Source: Macrostomum lignano (lineage: Eukaryota). Taken from it: a DNA stretch of 64,000 nucleotides. The position numbers and the translations under genes are program-made. The stretch is from NCBI GenBank assembly GCA_002269645.1, contig NIVC01002800.1, positions 1 to 64,000 on the forward strand, read 5' to 3'. A model generated the notes under the pieces. It searched no databases. It was given only the letters and a program-made list of their open reading frames with translations, and was not told the origin of the DNA. Each line of letters opens with the position of its first letter. The stretch's first letter is position 1. This document shows positions 62,130 through 64,000 of the stretch, piece by piece.

Positions 62130-62619
62130 CTGTGAGCAGGTAAATGCCCATTGTTTCGGTAAGGGCAGAGAGTTGGCCTATTCATAGAATTTGGTTAAAT
62201 CATAATCACCAATTTGTTTTTAATAGGTCATTGCATGATAACAAACGGTTACAATAGAAAATGTAATAGATATAATAGGAATTGAGAGAAAAAATAATTA
62301 AACCTGAAATAGCGCTGGAAAAACCTGAGTGCATATCTACAAATGCTTTACGACATATCTATCGCCCACAAATAAGTCAATATTGACGCACTTGCATAGA
62401 GCAGAATACGACTTATTCAGATCACATTCTGTGATAAAAAACCCAGCTGAAAATGCCGATGCGCCCCCAATTGCACCAGATAAAAAATTGTGCAACAACC
62501 TGATAGGCTAAAAATAGAATAATTTAAGACTGTTGCTGATAAAGACAGAAAGATCAAGTGAAGTGGGAGAGGGGCACAGGGGTGCAAAAGACAAGTAGGT
62601 AGAGAACCAGAGAAGAGAG

Positions 62620-63280
62620 GACAGAGTGAGACAAGGAAGGGAAAGAGATAGTAGCAGACAAGAAGGGGAAGACAGGGGCAGACAAGAAGGGGAGAGACAG
62701 AGGCAGACAAGGAAGGAGAGACAGGGGCAGACAAGAAGGGGAGAGACAGTGGCAGACAAGAAGGGGAGAGACAGGGGCAGACAAGAAGGGGAGAGACAGG
62801 GGCAGACAAGAAGGAGAGAGACAGTGGCAGACAAGAAGGGGAGAGACAGGGGCAGACAAGAAGGGGAGAGACAGTGGCAGACAAGAAGGGGAGAGACAGG
62901 GGCAGACAAGAAGGGGAGAGACAGGGGCAGACAAGAAGGGGAGAGACAGGGGCAGACAAGAAGGGGAGAGACAGGGGCAGACAAGAAGGGGAGAGACAGT
63001 GGCAGACAAGAAGGGGAGAGACAGGGGCAGACAAGAAGGGGAGAGACAGGGGCAGACAAGAAGGGGAGAGACAGGGGCAGATAAGAAGGGGAGAGACAGG
63101 GGCAGACAAGAAGGGGAGAGACAGGGGCAGACAAGAAGGGGAGAGACAGGGGCAGATAAGAAGGGGAGAGACAGGGGCAGACAAGAAGGGGAGAGACAGG
63201 GGCAGACAAGAAGGGGAGAGACAGGGCCAGACAAGAAGGGGAGAGACAGGGCCAGACAAGAAGGGAAAACAGGGCCAGAC
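62620..63280. repeat. 25-bp purine-rich minisatellite GACAAGAAGGGGAGAGACAGGGGCA
   Basis: Read directly. Confidence 0.95.
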
Positions 63281-63876
63281 AAAGCTCTCTTATGCTGAGT
63301 TAATAATGTAATGGCATTGTCTCCTGTAAAGAAAGTGAAAATTGACTCAAAAAGTCATGAAATCAATGCGAATCAAAGTGTTTTTGTGTAATTACAACAA
63401 TTTCACAATATTATGAATGATTTGGTAAGCCTTCAAATCGAGTTTAATGATTGATATTTTTACAGACGGGTCCAGCTAAGCAATCGGTTAACTTACCGCT
63501 AGAGTGGCTAGCATCAGAGTGAGGGGTAGCTTGATCTATCGGTTGGCGAAACAGTTTAAAATGAAATTTATAACAAAGATAATTTCAGGAAAAATTTAAA
63601 ATCTATATCTAGCCATGGGTTAGATATTTACTTTTATTGTAATGTGCATTAACAAGAACACTTCAACTTGATATTGGCTTTTAGAAGCAGAACTAAAGTG
63701 ACCATTTAATGTTTTCTACGGTTAACGGACCCTTGCTTTGCACTTTATATATTTGATTTTTATTCGATAATGAATGGCTTGTAAAGTTGTGTTACGTGTG
63801 AATTTTTTAGCTTAGAGGGTACTGCTAAAATTATTTAGGTTTTTTACAGTTTATGAAATTTTGAGCTGGTAAACTC

Positions 63877-64000
63877 CCAGATCTTTCAGGCATGTGAACC
63901 AGATCTTTCAGGCATGTGAACCAGATCTTTCAGGCATGTGAACCAGATCTTTCAGGCATGTGAACCAGATCTTTCAGGCATGTGAACCAGATCTTTCAGG
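63877..64000. repeat. 22-bp minisatellite CCAGATCTTTCAGGCATGTGAA, running off the window end
   Basis: Read directly. Confidence 0.93.

Noticed and set aside
62330-62500. Possible further minus-strand exon (LLHNFLSGAIGGASAF...)
   Set aside because: AT-rich, and its candidate donor is phase 2, incompatible with the downstream phase-1 exons.

Overview
Eukaryotic (metazoan) genomic DNA. GC-rich, Ala/Gly-rich exons sit among AT-rich introns and spacers packed with about 40 unrelated micro- and minisatellite arrays. The style suggests a flatworm such as Macrostomum; this is inferred from style only. Spliced gene models were built by hand from GT..AG sites with frame checks. Plus strand: a 2-exon KLF zinc-finger gene (1412-2692); a 5'-truncated RTE-like LINE with a 12-bp TSD (3047-3992); a 7-EC protocadherin whose cytoplasmic tail exon (24664-24977) is missing from the ORF track (11976-24977); and a tight run FAM136A - INTS5 - CDC7 - PSMG3 (38118-54575). 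Minus strand: an unrecognised 2-exon gene of about 290 aa (55853-57602) and the 3' end of an NPF/FG-rich endocytic adaptor gene (60608-62129 and beyond). Two nested non-autonomous DNA transposons lie just upstream of FAM136A. Best leads: (1) a candidate trans-spliced operon whose spacers are mostly tandem repeat, (2) a private, locally seeded minisatellite in nearly every intron and spacer, (3) the orphan gene, (4) two microexon candidates. Most long ORFs in the supplied track are repeat-translation artefacts. No searches or computations were run; homology calls come from remembered family motifs.
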